Shown piece by piece: positions 8,955-19,135 of a stretch of DNA of 64,000 nt. The position numbers and the translations under genes were made by a program. The notes under the pieces were generated by a model. That model was not told where the DNA came from. It was given only the letters and a program-made list of their open reading frames with translations, and searched no databases. The DNA is from an uncultured Ignavibacterium sp. (GTDB lineage: Bacteria; Bacteroidota; Ignavibacteria; Ignavibacteriales; Ignavibacteriaceae), in assembly GCA_964418885.1 (NCBI GenBank), contig CAYQNW010000010.1, forward strand, positions 455 to 64,454, in the 5' to 3' direction. Within the stretch, counting starts at the first letter, position 1. The number at the start of each line of letters is the position of its first letter.

Positions 8955-11363
8955 ATGATTAAGAACTATTTTATAATCACTTTAAGAAATCTTAAAAAAC
9001 ACAAGCTGTATTCGTTCATTAATATTCTCAGTCTGACGATAGGCATAACAGTTTGTATACTGATAACACTGTATATAAAACAGGAATTCAGTTACGATAA
9101 GTATTTTGAAAATGCTTCAAATATTTACCGGATAACTACAATACATATTTCGGAAAGAGGAACGTCTATAGATGCAGAAACACCAATGCCTTTGGCAGAA
9201 GCGTTGGCAGAAAAATATCCTGAAATTGGAAAATGTTCCAGAATATTTTTTCACGGGAACGAACTTGTAAAGTATGAAGATAAAAGCTTTATCGAGAAGA
9301 GCATTGCATTTGCCGATTCGGATTTCTTTAAAATATTTTCCTTTAAAATCCTAAATGGAAACTCATCACATCTTCTTGATGTACCACATTCAATAGTCTT
9401 AACAAAAAAAGCAGCAGAAAAATACTTCGGCAACGAAGATCCCGTCGGGAAGGTATTAAGACTAAGAAACAAATACGATTTCACAGTAACCGGTGTTATG
9501 CAGGATATCCCTGTGAATACTCATTTCCATTTCGATATGCTTGGTACTTACAGCGATGTGAACAAAAAAATTTTCGAAGAAGATTTTTCAAAACAATGGG
9601 GAGCCTATTTTGGTTCATATACTTATTTACTACTTCCTAAAAGTATATTTATAAAAAATTTGCATGAAAAGACATCAGACTTTATAATGAAACAAAGAGA
9701 ATTTCCTGCCGGCGTATCGGTAAAACTAAATTACCAGAAACTTCTTGATATTCATTTGCACTCGGATTATGTGGGAGAGATTGAAAACAATAACTCTATT
9801 TCCAACATTTTAATAGTTGCTACAATAGGATTATTTATTCTTTTGTTAGCCTGTTTCAATTTTATGAACCTGGCAACTGCGCGATCATCCAAGAGAATAA
9901 GGGAAATCGGTGTGAGGAAAGTGCTTGGTGCGGCAAGGAATCAAATTATCTTTCAATTTCTTGGTGAGGCAACTATTCTTGCATTAATTTCAATGGCATT
10001 TTCTTTTGTGGTGGTCGAGCTTATTCTGCCTTCTTTTTCAAATCTTTTAAATACGGAAATATCGTTCAACCTATTTGGTAACTTAAATGTTGTGTTACTA
10101 ATAATTACCGGAACAATTATCGTTGGAATTATGGCAGGTATTTATCCATCTTTCTACTTGTCAAGTTTCAAGCCGGCTGCTGCGGTAAATAATAGGGGAT
10201 CTGCTTCTAAAAAGTCCGGTGGCGATTCAGGAATTAGAAAAGTTCTGGTAGTAGCTCAGTTCGCTATTTCTATAACCTTGATAACATGCACAATCATAGT
10301 TCTGCAGCAGCTAAATTATTTAAAGAATCACGATGTGGGATTTAAGAAAGATCATACGATTACAATACCATTTGGTTCTGATATTTCTGCTAAAAATTAT
10401 CAGGCATTGAAAAACAAATTTTTATCTGTTACCGGTGTTAAGGATGTTGCTTTGGCCAACAGCGCACCAATAAGTGATGACGTGTATAACACTTCACTTT
10501 ATCCAAATGGATTGGATGGAGGGGATAGATTCGGTATCTACCTTAAATTTGTTGATTACAATTTTGAAGATGTATATAAGCTAAAATTAATTGCCGGCAG
10601 ATTCTTCTCTGATAAATTTACCGATGATTGGAAGGATGTTATTGTTGTGAATGAATCAACAGTTAAAAGTCTTGGATTTAAAGATCCACAGGATGCGATT
10701 GGTAAAAAATATATTTTAGGCATACAAAGAGTTACTCCTACAATAATAGGTGTCGTAAAAGATTTTAATATTGCATCATTGAAATCAAATATTGAACCGC
10801 TTGTTATGATGCGAAATCCTGAATGGTTTAATGAATATTCGGTGAGGATCAGTTCGCTAAATATTCCGGGTACCATAGCAGGATTGGAAAAAGCGTGGAA
10901 GGAATTTTCCCCTGATTATCCATTCACATATCAATTTCTGGATGATTATATATCCAATCTTTACAAGCCTGAAGAAAAAACAAGTACGATAATTTCCACG
11001 TTTTCATTTCTGGCAATATTAATTGCCTGTCTTGGTTTGATAGGTCTAGCTTCTTTCATATTTGAATTAAGGAAAAAAGAAATAGGAATCAGGAAAGTCT
11101 TAGGGGCTGGAATTCCCCGGTTGATAAAACTATTGAATACAGAATTCATAAAACTTGTTTTGATTTCAAATGTTATTGCTGTTCCCGCTGCTTACTATTT
11201 TATGAATGAATGGCTGAAAAATTTTGCTTATAAAGTGAACATGAGTGCATGGACGTTTTTGTTTGTCGGATTTGTTTCGATTTTAATCGCTTTCCTGACC
11301 ATAAGCTTCCAGGCGGTTAAGGCTGCAACAGTTAATCCTGTTAAATCATTAAAATATGAATAA
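8955..11363 (+). CDS. Duplicated-FtsX (MacB-type) ABC transporter permease, paralog 5
   Basis: 802-aa ORF starting 17 nt after paralog 4. ACFNFMNLATARS..REIGVRKVLGA; ACLGLIGLASFIFELRKKEIGIRKVLGA; tail KAATVNPVKSLKYE. Confidence 0.9.
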   Translation: MIKNYFIITLRNLKKHKLYSFINILSLTIGITVCILITLYIKQEFSYDKYFENASNIYRITTIHISERGTSIDAETPMPLAEALAEKYPEIGKCSRIFFHGNELVKYEDKSFIEKSIAFADSDFFKIFSFKILNGNSSHLLDVPHSIVLTKKAAEKYFGNEDPVGKVLRLRNKYDFTVTGVMQDIPVNTHFHFDMLGTYSDVNKKIFEEDFSKQWGAYFGSYTYLLLPKSIFIKNLHEKTSDFIMKQREFPAGVSVKLNYQKLLDIHLHSDYVGEIENNNSISNILIVATIGLFILLLACFNFMNLATARSSKRIREIGVRKVLGAARNQIIFQFLGEATILALISMAFSFVVVELILPSFSNLLNTEISFNLFGNLNVVLLIITGTIIVGIMAGIYPSFYLSSFKPAAAVNNRGSASKKSGGDSGIRKVLVVAQFAISITLITCTIIVLQQLNYLKNHDVGFKKDHTITIPFGSDISAKNYQALKNKFLSVTGVKDVALANSAPISDDVYNTSLYPNGLDGGDRFGIYLKFVDYNFEDVYKLKLIAGRFFSDKFTDDWKDVIVVNESTVKSLGFKDPQDAIGKKYILGIQRVTPTIIGVVKDFNIASLKSNIEPLVMMRNPEWFNEYSVRISSLNIPGTIAGLEKAWKEFSPDYPFTYQFLDDYISNLYKPEEKTSTIISTFSFLAILIACLGLIGLASFIFELRKKEIGIRKVLGAGIPRLIKLLNTEFIKLVLISNVIAVPAAYYFMNEWLKNFAYKVNMSAWTFLFVGFVSILIAFLTISFQAVKAATVNPVKSLKYE

Positions 11364-11406
11364 CCTCTTCAAGACTATATATCTAATTAATAAGACTACA
11401 AAATAT

Positions 11407-11438
11407 TCCGGATCAATACATATTTATATTGATCCGGA
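11407..11438. terminator. Hairpin between convergent genes (probable bidirectional terminator)
   Basis: Perfect 12-bp stem tccggatcaata / tattgatccgga with an 8-nt loop, in an AT-rich context between the last permease (+) and the TonB-dependent receptor (-). Confidence 0.6.
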
Positions 11439-11465
11439 TAATAAATTATTCTATTACCTGAATTA

Positions 11466-13616
11466 CTAAAATCCAACTTTTAAATTGAAGAAAAATTCTC
11501 TTCCCGGTCCCGGTTGATAGGAATTACCATCGGGGTCTGGCTCTGTGAATGCCATATATTCTTCATCTGTTAAGTTACATACATAAGCACTTAAGTCTCC
11601 ATTTAACATCCAGAGATTCCATGAATAAGAAATCCGGGCATTGAATAAAGTAAATCCATCCTGCCAGTTCTGATAGATACCAGGATCGAGTTCATTATTG
11701 TATGCTTTTGCATCGGTATAAATTGCCCACTTCGATTGGTATTCTCCACCTAAGCTGATCTGAATGTTTTTGCACGGAGAGTAAACTACTTCAGAGTAAA
11801 GCTGATGCTGCGGAGAATTAGGTAACCATTGTCCGTCTGCAGGCGGAGTGGTCAAAACATAAGCCGGGTCGGTATAAACAGGATCAACGTTAGCAGATGT
11901 ATATTTATAATCGGCAAATGTGTAGGCAATCTGTAGGCTTAGGTTATTGAGTATCTTGTAAGAAACAAAAGTCTCTATACCGTAACGTTTACTGTTTCCG
12001 GCATTGCCATAAAATACTTCCTGGTTTCCTCTTCCCGATTGCTTAAAACGGAAGAAATCGTTCTCTGTATCCATCATAAAACCGGTTAGTTCATAATAAA
12101 TTTTATTGCTGAAAAATCCGCGTGCACCGATTTCATAACTGTTTGAAGTCGCAGGAACCAAATGTGTGTTAAATCCCGAATATCCTACAGGGTTATTAGC
12201 TAACTCCTCTGTAGAGGGCGGCATAAATCCCTGGCTCCAGTTTGCATACAAAATCAATGCATCGGTAAAGCTATAGCTTGCTCCAATCCTTGCAGATGTT
12301 TTGGAAAAGTCTTTTGTCGTTTTAGAACTGTCGAGTCCTACCATTTTATCTGTCAGCTCGTTAGTTATATAATCGTATCTTACATTTCCTATCAAATTGA
12401 ATTTTTCTATATCCAATTTATATAAAGCAAATACACCCGTACTTTGTTGATAGATTATCTGGTTAGCTAACAGGTTATCAGTCTCGATATTTATTTCATC
12501 AGTGCTTTCTACTCGTGGTGGATTACTTCCGCTCTGTAATTTGTACATATTGATATCCTGCCATTTCAAATCTGTGCCAACACTAAAGTTATTCATTATT
12601 TCTCCCGATTTGAGATGCAGGTTATATTGAGTACTTACACCCGGATTTGTAATTGCCCGGTACTCTGCAGCCTTATTGCTTGTTTCCTTATAATTCCAGT
12701 AGCGGTAAAATGAAGTAACTTCAACATCGTGCAATTCATTTATTGTATAAGAGCCGACTAATCCTAAAGTTGTTCTATTGGTTTTTTGATATTCATTGAA
12801 AGGATTCGCATCCGGGTTAGCTTGTCGCAGGTTATCAAATTGTTCACGGTTTAGCCCTTCAGGGTTTTGTTGGAAGTAATCCGTGTGAGAAACAATTTGT
12901 GTAATTGCCAGTTTATCCAAAGGATTAAAATTAAGTTTTTCATAAAGCTTATTACTCCAGAAAGCCTGGTGATCACGGTATCCATCACCATCTTCCCGTG
13001 AAAAACTTACACGGTAATTAATATTCTCCTGTGAGCCGTCTAATTGTAACAATGATTTAAAGAAACTATTGGAACCAACAATCTGGCTGACCTCACCTTC
13101 TATAGGCACAGGACCACCATCTTTAGTAGTAATATATAATAATCCAGCCGAACTGCCACAGCCGTACAGTCCGGCAGCGGGACCTCGTAAAACCTGGATG
13201 TCTTTTACAGTTGCCCAGTCAACGTCGTATAAATCAGGGGCGAATCCCGATGGATCATTTACCGGGATGCCATCGATCATTACACCAATACCGCGTAAAC
13301 CCCGTTCGGTAAGGATTCCCTGCCCGCGGATGGAGATATGAACACGTTCGCCATCATGCTGGTTATCGATCCTGACACCCGGTACTAATCTTAATGCTTC
13401 CTCTACTCCAATAGTTTTCGGCATAATGGAGAGCATTTCTGGTGTTACGAGTGAAACTGACCCAGGATTACTTTTTAAAGTTATAGGTAACCTGTTGGCA
13501 ATAACGATGACATTCTCCAGCGTTACCGTTTTGGTTGTATCTGCATTTTCATTTTGGGCTTTTAATAGCGGAACAATAATAAACACAACAAACAAAAATA
13601 GAATGAGTCTTTTCAT
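11466..13616 (-). CDS. TonB-dependent outer-membrane receptor
   Basis: Signal peptide MKRLILFLFVVFIIVPLLKAQ. I moved the start from 13670 to the ATG at 13616 because the first 18 codons of the longest ORF precede the signal peptide. Plug-domain motifs (EALRLVPGVRID, RGQG, ILIDG-like GVMIDGIPVND), a long beta-barrel and a terminal ...FNLKVGF aromatic residue. Confidence 0.85.
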   Translation of the reverse strand: MKRLILFLFVVFIIVPLLKAQNENADTTKTVTLENVIVIANRLPITLKSNPGSVSLVTPEMLSIMPKTIGVEEALRLVPGVRIDNQHDGERVHISIRGQGILTERGLRGIGVMIDGIPVNDPSGFAPDLYDVDWATVKDIQVLRGPAAGLYGCGSSAGLLYITTKDGGPVPIEGEVSQIVGSNSFFKSLLQLDGSQENINYRVSFSREDGDGYRDHQAFWSNKLYEKLNFNPLDKLAITQIVSHTDYFQQNPEGLNREQFDNLRQANPDANPFNEYQKTNRTTLGLVGSYTINELHDVEVTSFYRYWNYKETSNKAAEYRAITNPGVSTQYNLHLKSGEIMNNFSVGTDLKWQDINMYKLQSGSNPPRVESTDEINIETDNLLANQIIYQQSTGVFALYKLDIEKFNLIGNVRYDYITNELTDKMVGLDSSKTTKDFSKTSARIGASYSFTDALILYANWSQGFMPPSTEELANNPVGYSGFNTHLVPATSNSYEIGARGFFSNKIYYELTGFMMDTENDFFRFKQSGRGNQEVFYGNAGNSKRYGIETFVSYKILNNLSLQIAYTFADYKYTSANVDPVYTDPAYVLTTPPADGQWLPNSPQHQLYSEVVYSPCKNIQISLGGEYQSKWAIYTDAKAYNNELDPGIYQNWQDGFTLFNARISYSWNLWMLNGDLSAYVCNLTDEEYMAFTEPDPDGNSYQPGPGREFFFNLKVGF

Positions 13617-13759
13617 TTTAATTTCTTTTAGAATAATTATTAAATCTTTTGATAAAAGGATTTTATACAAACGGCTATATTATCCCTTTACTTTTCCTCT
13701 GAAAATTAAATTGAGTAAAAAGAGTTTATACTAATAAATAATAGGTTTTCTAAATAGAC

Positions 13760-14281
13760 TTAAGCAGACTTTGGAGGAGGGGTTAGTAACTTCCCGTGAA
13801 TCGACTTGTAATAATTAATATAACTTCCCGAAAGAAGTATGCAGTTGTTTTTTATTTCCGATGGATATGTTTCGCTTTGAATTGCAAGAAGATTATAGCC
13901 ACTTAATGAATGTGAGCCTGAAGCAATTTTATCTTTTGTAGAGTTGCTTTTATGCAGCTTTTCGTAATTTGAAATCAGCATTTCTTCCGTTTCATCACGC
14001 AGGCAATAAATAATAACACAGTTACCTTTTATTTCAACTCTTTCCACATCATACATTCTTCCCTCATATTCAAACTCTTTTTCTTCTTTCCAATTAAGCT
14101 TCTTCTCATATTCAATCCAGGTAAATTTTAGTTTCTGAATTATCGATGAACTATTCGTTGAATTGATCAGCGCCTTCATTTCCAGTTTATTATTTGCTAA
14201 TCGTTCAATATAGAAAAGGATGTAACCGCTGGAATTAAAAAGTATAAGGAAGGTGAGCAATATGGGGATTACTTTTTTCAA
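13760..14281 (-). CDS. Hypothetical N-terminally membrane-anchored protein
   Basis: 173-aa ORF with a TTG start. One N-terminal hydrophobic helix (VIPILLTFLILFNSSGYILFYI). No recognisable domain and no convincing SD. Confidence 0.45.
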   Translation of the reverse strand: MKKVIPILLTFLILFNSSGYILFYIERLANNKLEMKALINSTNSSSIIQKLKFTWIEYEKKLNWKEEKEFEYEGRMYDVERVEIKGNCVIIYCLRDETEEMLISNYEKLHKSNSTKDKIASGSHSLSGYNLLAIQSETYPSEIKNNCILLSGSYINYYKSIHGKLLTPPPKSA

Positions 14282-14418
14282 AAAATGAAATGTTTTTTTA
14301 TAAACAAAAATATTAAATCGTAATATGATTTCATTAAAAAATATTTAAGAATAAAAGCATAGGACAATTGAAGCCGGATTATAATTATTGAAAGTTGTAT
14401 TATGTCATATAAATAGAA

Positions 14419-16308
14419 CTATTCAATCTCAATCTCATTAAACTTTTCTCTAAGTCGATCTTTTTCTCTCACTAATTCCTTATTGGCACTCATTAATTTT
14501 AAAGTGTCTTCTTCTATCTCAGTATTTTCAATCTTATTGTGATTTTCTTTTATTTGCTTATCTATTTTGTCAAGCTTAAATCTGAGCACTATATCTTTAG
14601 TGTACTTTTGTAATAATTGTTCTGGTGTAACCCCGGGATTCCTTTCTTCCCAGTTGCTGCTGATTGAATGCTTTTCAAATACGATTTCTCTTACGTATGA
14701 TTGTAATTCATCATTCTTTATATCTTCAATCAGTTTGTCTGCATCTATTTGTTTTTCATGTCTTATTTCTTCATAAACAACTTTTGCTAATCGCATGTGA
14801 ATCTTAATCGCAAAATCTTCAGCTTTTATGTTATTATGAATAAAATTTAATATAGAACTATTCCCCTCAAACAGCAGCTTAATTATATCTTTCTCCAGAT
14901 TGTAAACAACAGGATTAGCTTTCTTCTGTTTTGTTATTTCTTCAGAAAGTGTTGATTCGGTTTTTTCTTTTGTTGTTGTTCGAATTTCTGTTGATCTTTG
15001 CGATGAACCTCTTTTAATTACTTTATCGAATTCTGCCTCAAGTAGCTTCTCTCTTAGATTGAATTTTCTTGCGATGTTTTTTATCAACAAATTCCTTTTT
15101 AATTCATCAGTGATTAAAGCCAACGGTTTTACAAGCTCACGAATTGCCTCTGCAGCTGTGTTTGAATCATTAAACATTCCCCGTGCTTCGAAATATCGTG
15201 TTTGAAACTCAATAAAATTTTCTGCTTTCTTGAGTAAATCTTCAAATTTATCCTTGCCGAATTTGTTTACGAATGAATCGGGATCTTCTCCTTGTGGAAG
15301 GGAAACGATCTTTACCTCCATATCCCGTTTTAAAAGAATCTCAATACTTCTCATTGAGGCTTTAATACCGGCAGTATCTGCATCGAAAAGCAGAACAACA
15401 TCTTTTGTATATCTTGAAAGCAGTTGAACCTGCTCGTCAGTTAATGCTGTTCCTGAAACAGCAACGACATTTTTAACTCCGCTTTGGTAAAGAGAAATCA
15501 AATCCATATAGCCTTCAACGATGATGGCTTTGTTCAATCTCCTGATTTCATCTTTTGCAAATGACAATCCATAAAGTACACGACTCTTGTTATAAACTAT
15601 TGATTCGGGTGAGTTAATGTATTTGCCCCCCTTTTCGTTTGGATCTAAAACTCTCCCAGCGAAAGCAACGACTCTTCCGTTTGGTGAAAAGATAGGAAAA
15701 ATCAGTCTGCCGGGAAGTCTATCAAAATATCTCCCTTCGGGATGTTTTCCTGCGAGTCCCAGTGTAACAGCTTTTTCGAGATCGATCTTTTTTTCTTTGG
15801 CATAATTAACAAAATTTTCCCACCCTCTAAGTGTATAACCTAAACCAAATGTTCGGATTGTTTGTTGTTTTAAATTTCTTTTATGTAAATACGTTCTCGC
15901 AATCTCAGCTTCTTCATCGTTCAATAGATTATTAAGAAAATATTTTGCCGCTTCCGTATTGATATCGTAAAGTATTTCTTGTTCGGTTTGCTGCTCTTCG
16001 TAACCAGCAGATTCATAATATTCAAGTGGAATTCCAAGCTGTTCGGCAACTTCCTGTACTGCTTCAATAAATGAGATTTTTTTGTATTCCATTAAGAATT
16101 TAAAGATGTTGCCCCCGGTATGGCAGCCGAAACAATGGAATATTTGCTTTTCATCGCTTACTGTGAATGATGGTGTTTTTTCGTTATGAAACGGACACAA
16201 TCCGATATAATTTTTACCCCGTTTACGCAGTTGAACGTATTCTGAGATCATATCAACAATGCTTGCAGTTGATCTGATTTCTTCTATTTTGGATTCGGGA
16301 ATTCGCAA
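14419..16308 (-). CDS. dnaG: DNA primase
   Basis: CHC2 zinc finger (CPFHNEKTPSF...HCFGCHTGG) and a TOPRIM block (IIVEGYMDLISL, LLFDADTAG). 629 aa. Confidence 0.95.
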   Translation of the reverse strand: MRIPESKIEEIRSTASIVDMISEYVQLRKRGKNYIGLCPFHNEKTPSFTVSDEKQIFHCFGCHTGGNIFKFLMEYKKISFIEAVQEVAEQLGIPLEYYESAGYEEQQTEQEILYDINTEAAKYFLNNLLNDEEAEIARTYLHKRNLKQQTIRTFGLGYTLRGWENFVNYAKEKKIDLEKAVTLGLAGKHPEGRYFDRLPGRLIFPIFSPNGRVVAFAGRVLDPNEKGGKYINSPESIVYNKSRVLYGLSFAKDEIRRLNKAIIVEGYMDLISLYQSGVKNVVAVSGTALTDEQVQLLSRYTKDVVLLFDADTAGIKASMRSIEILLKRDMEVKIVSLPQGEDPDSFVNKFGKDKFEDLLKKAENFIEFQTRYFEARGMFNDSNTAAEAIRELVKPLALITDELKRNLLIKNIARKFNLREKLLEAEFDKVIKRGSSQRSTEIRTTTKEKTESTLSEEITKQKKANPVVYNLEKDIIKLLFEGNSSILNFIHNNIKAEDFAIKIHMRLAKVVYEEIRHEKQIDADKLIEDIKNDELQSYVREIVFEKHSISSNWEERNPGVTPEQLLQKYTKDIVLRFKLDKIDKQIKENHNKIENTEIEEDTLKLMSANKELVREKDRLREKFNEIEIE

Positions 16309-16401
16309 ATACTAATTTTCTAATATTTTATAATGAATCTAACATTTTCCCCTTAAAGCTTCATTATCTTATATTTACATATATAATAAATGATTTAAAT
16401 A

Positions 16402-16926
16402 ATGCAGAATATCTACACTAAAAATAGCATTTTAATTTTCCTTCCGTCAAACAATTTTAGTGAAGAAGAATTTTTACCAATTAAAAGGATTTTCTTAAAA
16501 CGCAACAAACAGATTTTTATCGCATCTGATAGTTTTTCGGTTTGCAGCGGGGAAAATGGTTTGAAAGTAGGCATCGACGCAAATTTTTATAATGCAAATG
16601 AGAAAAATTTTGCAGCTTTTGTTCTGATCGGTGGTAAAGGGAACAGGAATTACTGGGGAAATGAAGCATTGCACAAAATTGTAAGAAAATTTCATAATTC
16701 GGGGAAAGTTGTTGGAGCCATTTGCAGTGCCCCGGTTATTTTAATAAGATCAGGAATACTTGATAAAACATCCGCAACCTGCTGGAAAGAAGATAAGAGC
16801 GAACTGATAAAAGCAGGGATAAATTATCAGGAAAGATCAGTAATTGCCGAGAATAAAATTGTAACTGCGGATAGCCCACAGTCTGCTGTACAGTTTGCCG
16901 AAACGGTATTGAATTTGATTAAATAA
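16402..16926 (+). CDS. DJ-1/PfpI family protein
   Basis: 174 aa with the nucleophile-elbow motif GAICSAPVIL and the flanking LIGGKG block typical of the DJ-1/PfpI fold. Confidence 0.8.
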   Translation: MQNIYTKNSILIFLPSNNFSEEEFLPIKRIFLKRNKQIFIASDSFSVCSGENGLKVGIDANFYNANEKNFAAFVLIGGKGNRNYWGNEALHKIVRKFHNSGKVVGAICSAPVILIRSGILDKTSATCWKEDKSELIKAGINYQERSVIAENKIVTADSPQSAVQFAETVLNLIK

Positions 16927-16944
16927 GTTATTATTAAGAATACG

Positions 16945-18951
16945 ATGATCCAGACATTGAAGAAATACTGCAACAGTCTAACTCAATATTCGCGTTATAA
17001 AACTCGTGAAGTTTACATCGGAGATGTTCCGCTTGGGGGAGATAATCCTATCCGCATTCAATCTATGACAATAACTGATACGATGGATACAAAGGCAACA
17101 GTTGAGCAGTCTATAAGAATGGTTGATGCCGGTTGTGAATATGTGAGAATAACTGCACCAAGTATTAATGAAGCAAAGAATCTTGCAAACATAAAAAAAG
17201 AATTAAAAGCGAGTGGATACACCGTTCCGCTTATTGCAGATATTCACTTCACACCCAATGCTGCAGAAATAGCTGCAAGGATTGTAGAAAAGGTGAGGGT
17301 TAATCCGGGTAATTATGCTGATAAGAAAAAATTCCAATCTATTGATTTTTCAGATGAAGCTTATGAAAAGGAACTTGAAAGAATCAGGAATAAATTCACA
17401 CCGCTTGTAAAGATATGTAAGGAATATGGAACAGCTATGAGGATAGGAACTAACCATGGTTCTCTTTCAGATAGAATTATGAGCAGATACGGTGATACAC
17501 CAATGGGTATGGTTGAGTCGGCGCTTGAGTTTGTAAGAATTTGTGAAGATCACGATTATCACAGCATTGTGCTTTCGATGAAGGCAAGCAATACGCAGGT
17601 TATGGTTCAGGCATACAGATTACTCATTCAGAAAATGGAAGAAGAAGGAATGAACTATCCTCTGCATCTTGGTGTTACAGAAGCTGGTGGTGGAGAAGAC
17701 GGAAGAATAAAATCTGCGGTGGGAATCGGTACTTTGCTGGAAGACGGACTTGGCGATACGGTAAGAGTATCATTAACCGAAGATCCTGAATATGAAGCAC
17801 CTGTGGCCATTTCACTTGTTAACAGGTATAAAAGAAGGAAAGCACACACTCCGATTAAATTTATCGATGAACCACCATTTGATCCTTTTACTTATACGAA
17901 AAGAGATTCAAAGGAAATTAATGGAATAGGTGGAAGTCATCCGGCAGTTGTTGTCGCTGATTTTTCAAACAATAAAAATCTTCTCCACGAAAATTTAAAA
18001 GATGTTGGTTACACATATAACAAAGAAACAGATAAATGGAATCTGAACGATGCTGCCGCAGACATTTTATATCTTGGTAGTAGTGAAATTCCGGAAAATT
18101 ATCCCGGAGGAGTAAAGCTTGTTCAGGATTATCAGGTGTGGATTAAGCTACAAGATAAATCCAGGAGCTATCCGCTTTTAAATGTTGAACAATATTTGAA
18201 TGCAGAAGCTCTTTCTTCAACACTAAACTTCTTGATTATCAATCTGAACCAATTAGATGAACTGGTTATCGAGAAGTTAAAAGACGATCAGAAAACCGTA
18301 CTAATTGCAACAACAGAAAACAAGCATGGAATGGCTGAACAGCGCAGATTGTTTTTTGAGTTGGTCAAAAATGATATTCAAAATCCTGTTATAATAAAAA
18401 GAGATTATAGCAATATCACGCTGGATAAATTGAGGCTTTACTCTTCAACAGATTTTGGTGCACTTTTAATAGATGGCTTTGGGGATGGTGTTTGGATTGG
18501 GAACGTTCAACTTTCAAAAGATGAAAATGGAAGAAACACATACACAAAAGTATTTACCAGAAACGGTGAATCATCGAACAAAATAATAAACAGAACGTTA
18601 TTTGGAATTCTTCAGGCAGCGAGAGTAAGGATTTCCAAGACAGAATATATTGCCTGTCCCTCATGCGGAAGAACCCTATTCGATCTTCAGGAAACAACGG
18701 AGATGATTAGAAAAAGGACAGAGCATTTGAAAGGTGTAAAAATTGCAGTTATGGGATGCATTGTAAATGGTCCTGGTGAAATGGCTGATGCCGACTATGG
18801 CTATGTTGGGTCAGGTATAGATAAAATAACACTTTACAAGGAAAAGGATATTGTAAAACGGAATGTGCCAGCTTCTGAAGCTGTTGATGCCCTGATTGAA
18901 CTTATTAAAAGTGATGAAAATTGGTGTGAACCTTCCGAAAATTCATCCTGA
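16945..18951 (+). CDS. ispG: 4-hydroxy-3-methylbut-2-en-1-yl diphosphate synthase, long form with inserted domain
   Basis: GcpE TIM-barrel motifs (IRIQSMT, ADIHF, RVNPGNY, RIGTNHGSL) and a C-terminal 4Fe-4S domain (CPSCGRT...GCIVNGPGE) separated by about 300 extra residues, giving 668 aa. Confidence 0.95.
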   Translation: MIQTLKKYCNSLTQYSRYKTREVYIGDVPLGGDNPIRIQSMTITDTMDTKATVEQSIRMVDAGCEYVRITAPSINEAKNLANIKKELKASGYTVPLIADIHFTPNAAEIAARIVEKVRVNPGNYADKKKFQSIDFSDEAYEKELERIRNKFTPLVKICKEYGTAMRIGTNHGSLSDRIMSRYGDTPMGMVESALEFVRICEDHDYHSIVLSMKASNTQVMVQAYRLLIQKMEEEGMNYPLHLGVTEAGGGEDGRIKSAVGIGTLLEDGLGDTVRVSLTEDPEYEAPVAISLVNRYKRRKAHTPIKFIDEPPFDPFTYTKRDSKEINGIGGSHPAVVVADFSNNKNLLHENLKDVGYTYNKETDKWNLNDAAADILYLGSSEIPENYPGGVKLVQDYQVWIKLQDKSRSYPLLNVEQYLNAEALSSTLNFLIINLNQLDELVIEKLKDDQKTVLIATTENKHGMAEQRRLFFELVKNDIQNPVIIKRDYSNITLDKLRLYSSTDFGALLIDGFGDGVWIGNVQLSKDENGRNTYTKVFTRNGESSNKIINRTLFGILQAARVRISKTEYIACPSCGRTLFDLQETTEMIRKRTEHLKGVKIAVMGCIVNGPGEMADADYGYVGSGIDKITLYKEKDIVKRNVPASEAVDALIELIKSDENWCEPSENSS

Positions 18952-19100
18952 AATGTTGTAAATCACAGGAAATTGATAATGATGTAAATTTCTGCTATAT
19001 TACTGCGCTAATTATGAGAGACATTAAAACGGATAGAAAGAAATTTCTTGACCATGTTTACATAGGGAAGAGTGATTCCCCGTAAGAAAGAAAATTAAAA

Positions 19101-19135
19101 ATGCACCCCGATTCAGTCGGGGTGCATTTTTTTTG
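19101..19135 (+). terminator. Strong rho-independent terminator or attenuator hairpin ending 3 nt before the Nif3 start codon
   Basis: Perfect 10-bp stem atgcaccccg / cggggtgcat, 7-nt loop attcagt, followed by a T8 run (19127-19134). The ATG of the next gene is at 19138. Confidence 0.7.

Noticed and set aside
1-11363. The possibility that the five permease genes are an assembly artefact of a collapsed or expanded repeat
   Set aside because: The copies differ substantially at both DNA and protein level, and only short motif-encoding stretches are similar. They are genuine diverged paralogs.
13069-13734. Plus-strand ORFs of 90 and 102 aa overlapping the TonB-dependent receptor gene and its upstream region
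   Set aside because: These are mirror frames of a well-supported receptor gene. They are Pro/Ser/Thr-rich with no start context.
19014-19085. 23-codon mini-ORF (MRDIKTDRKKFLDHVYIGKSDSP) in the ispG-Nif3 spacer
   Set aside because: There is no Shine-Dalgarno sequence and no run of a regulatory amino acid. I did not call it a CDS and mention it only as a possible leader peptide within the candidate attenuator.
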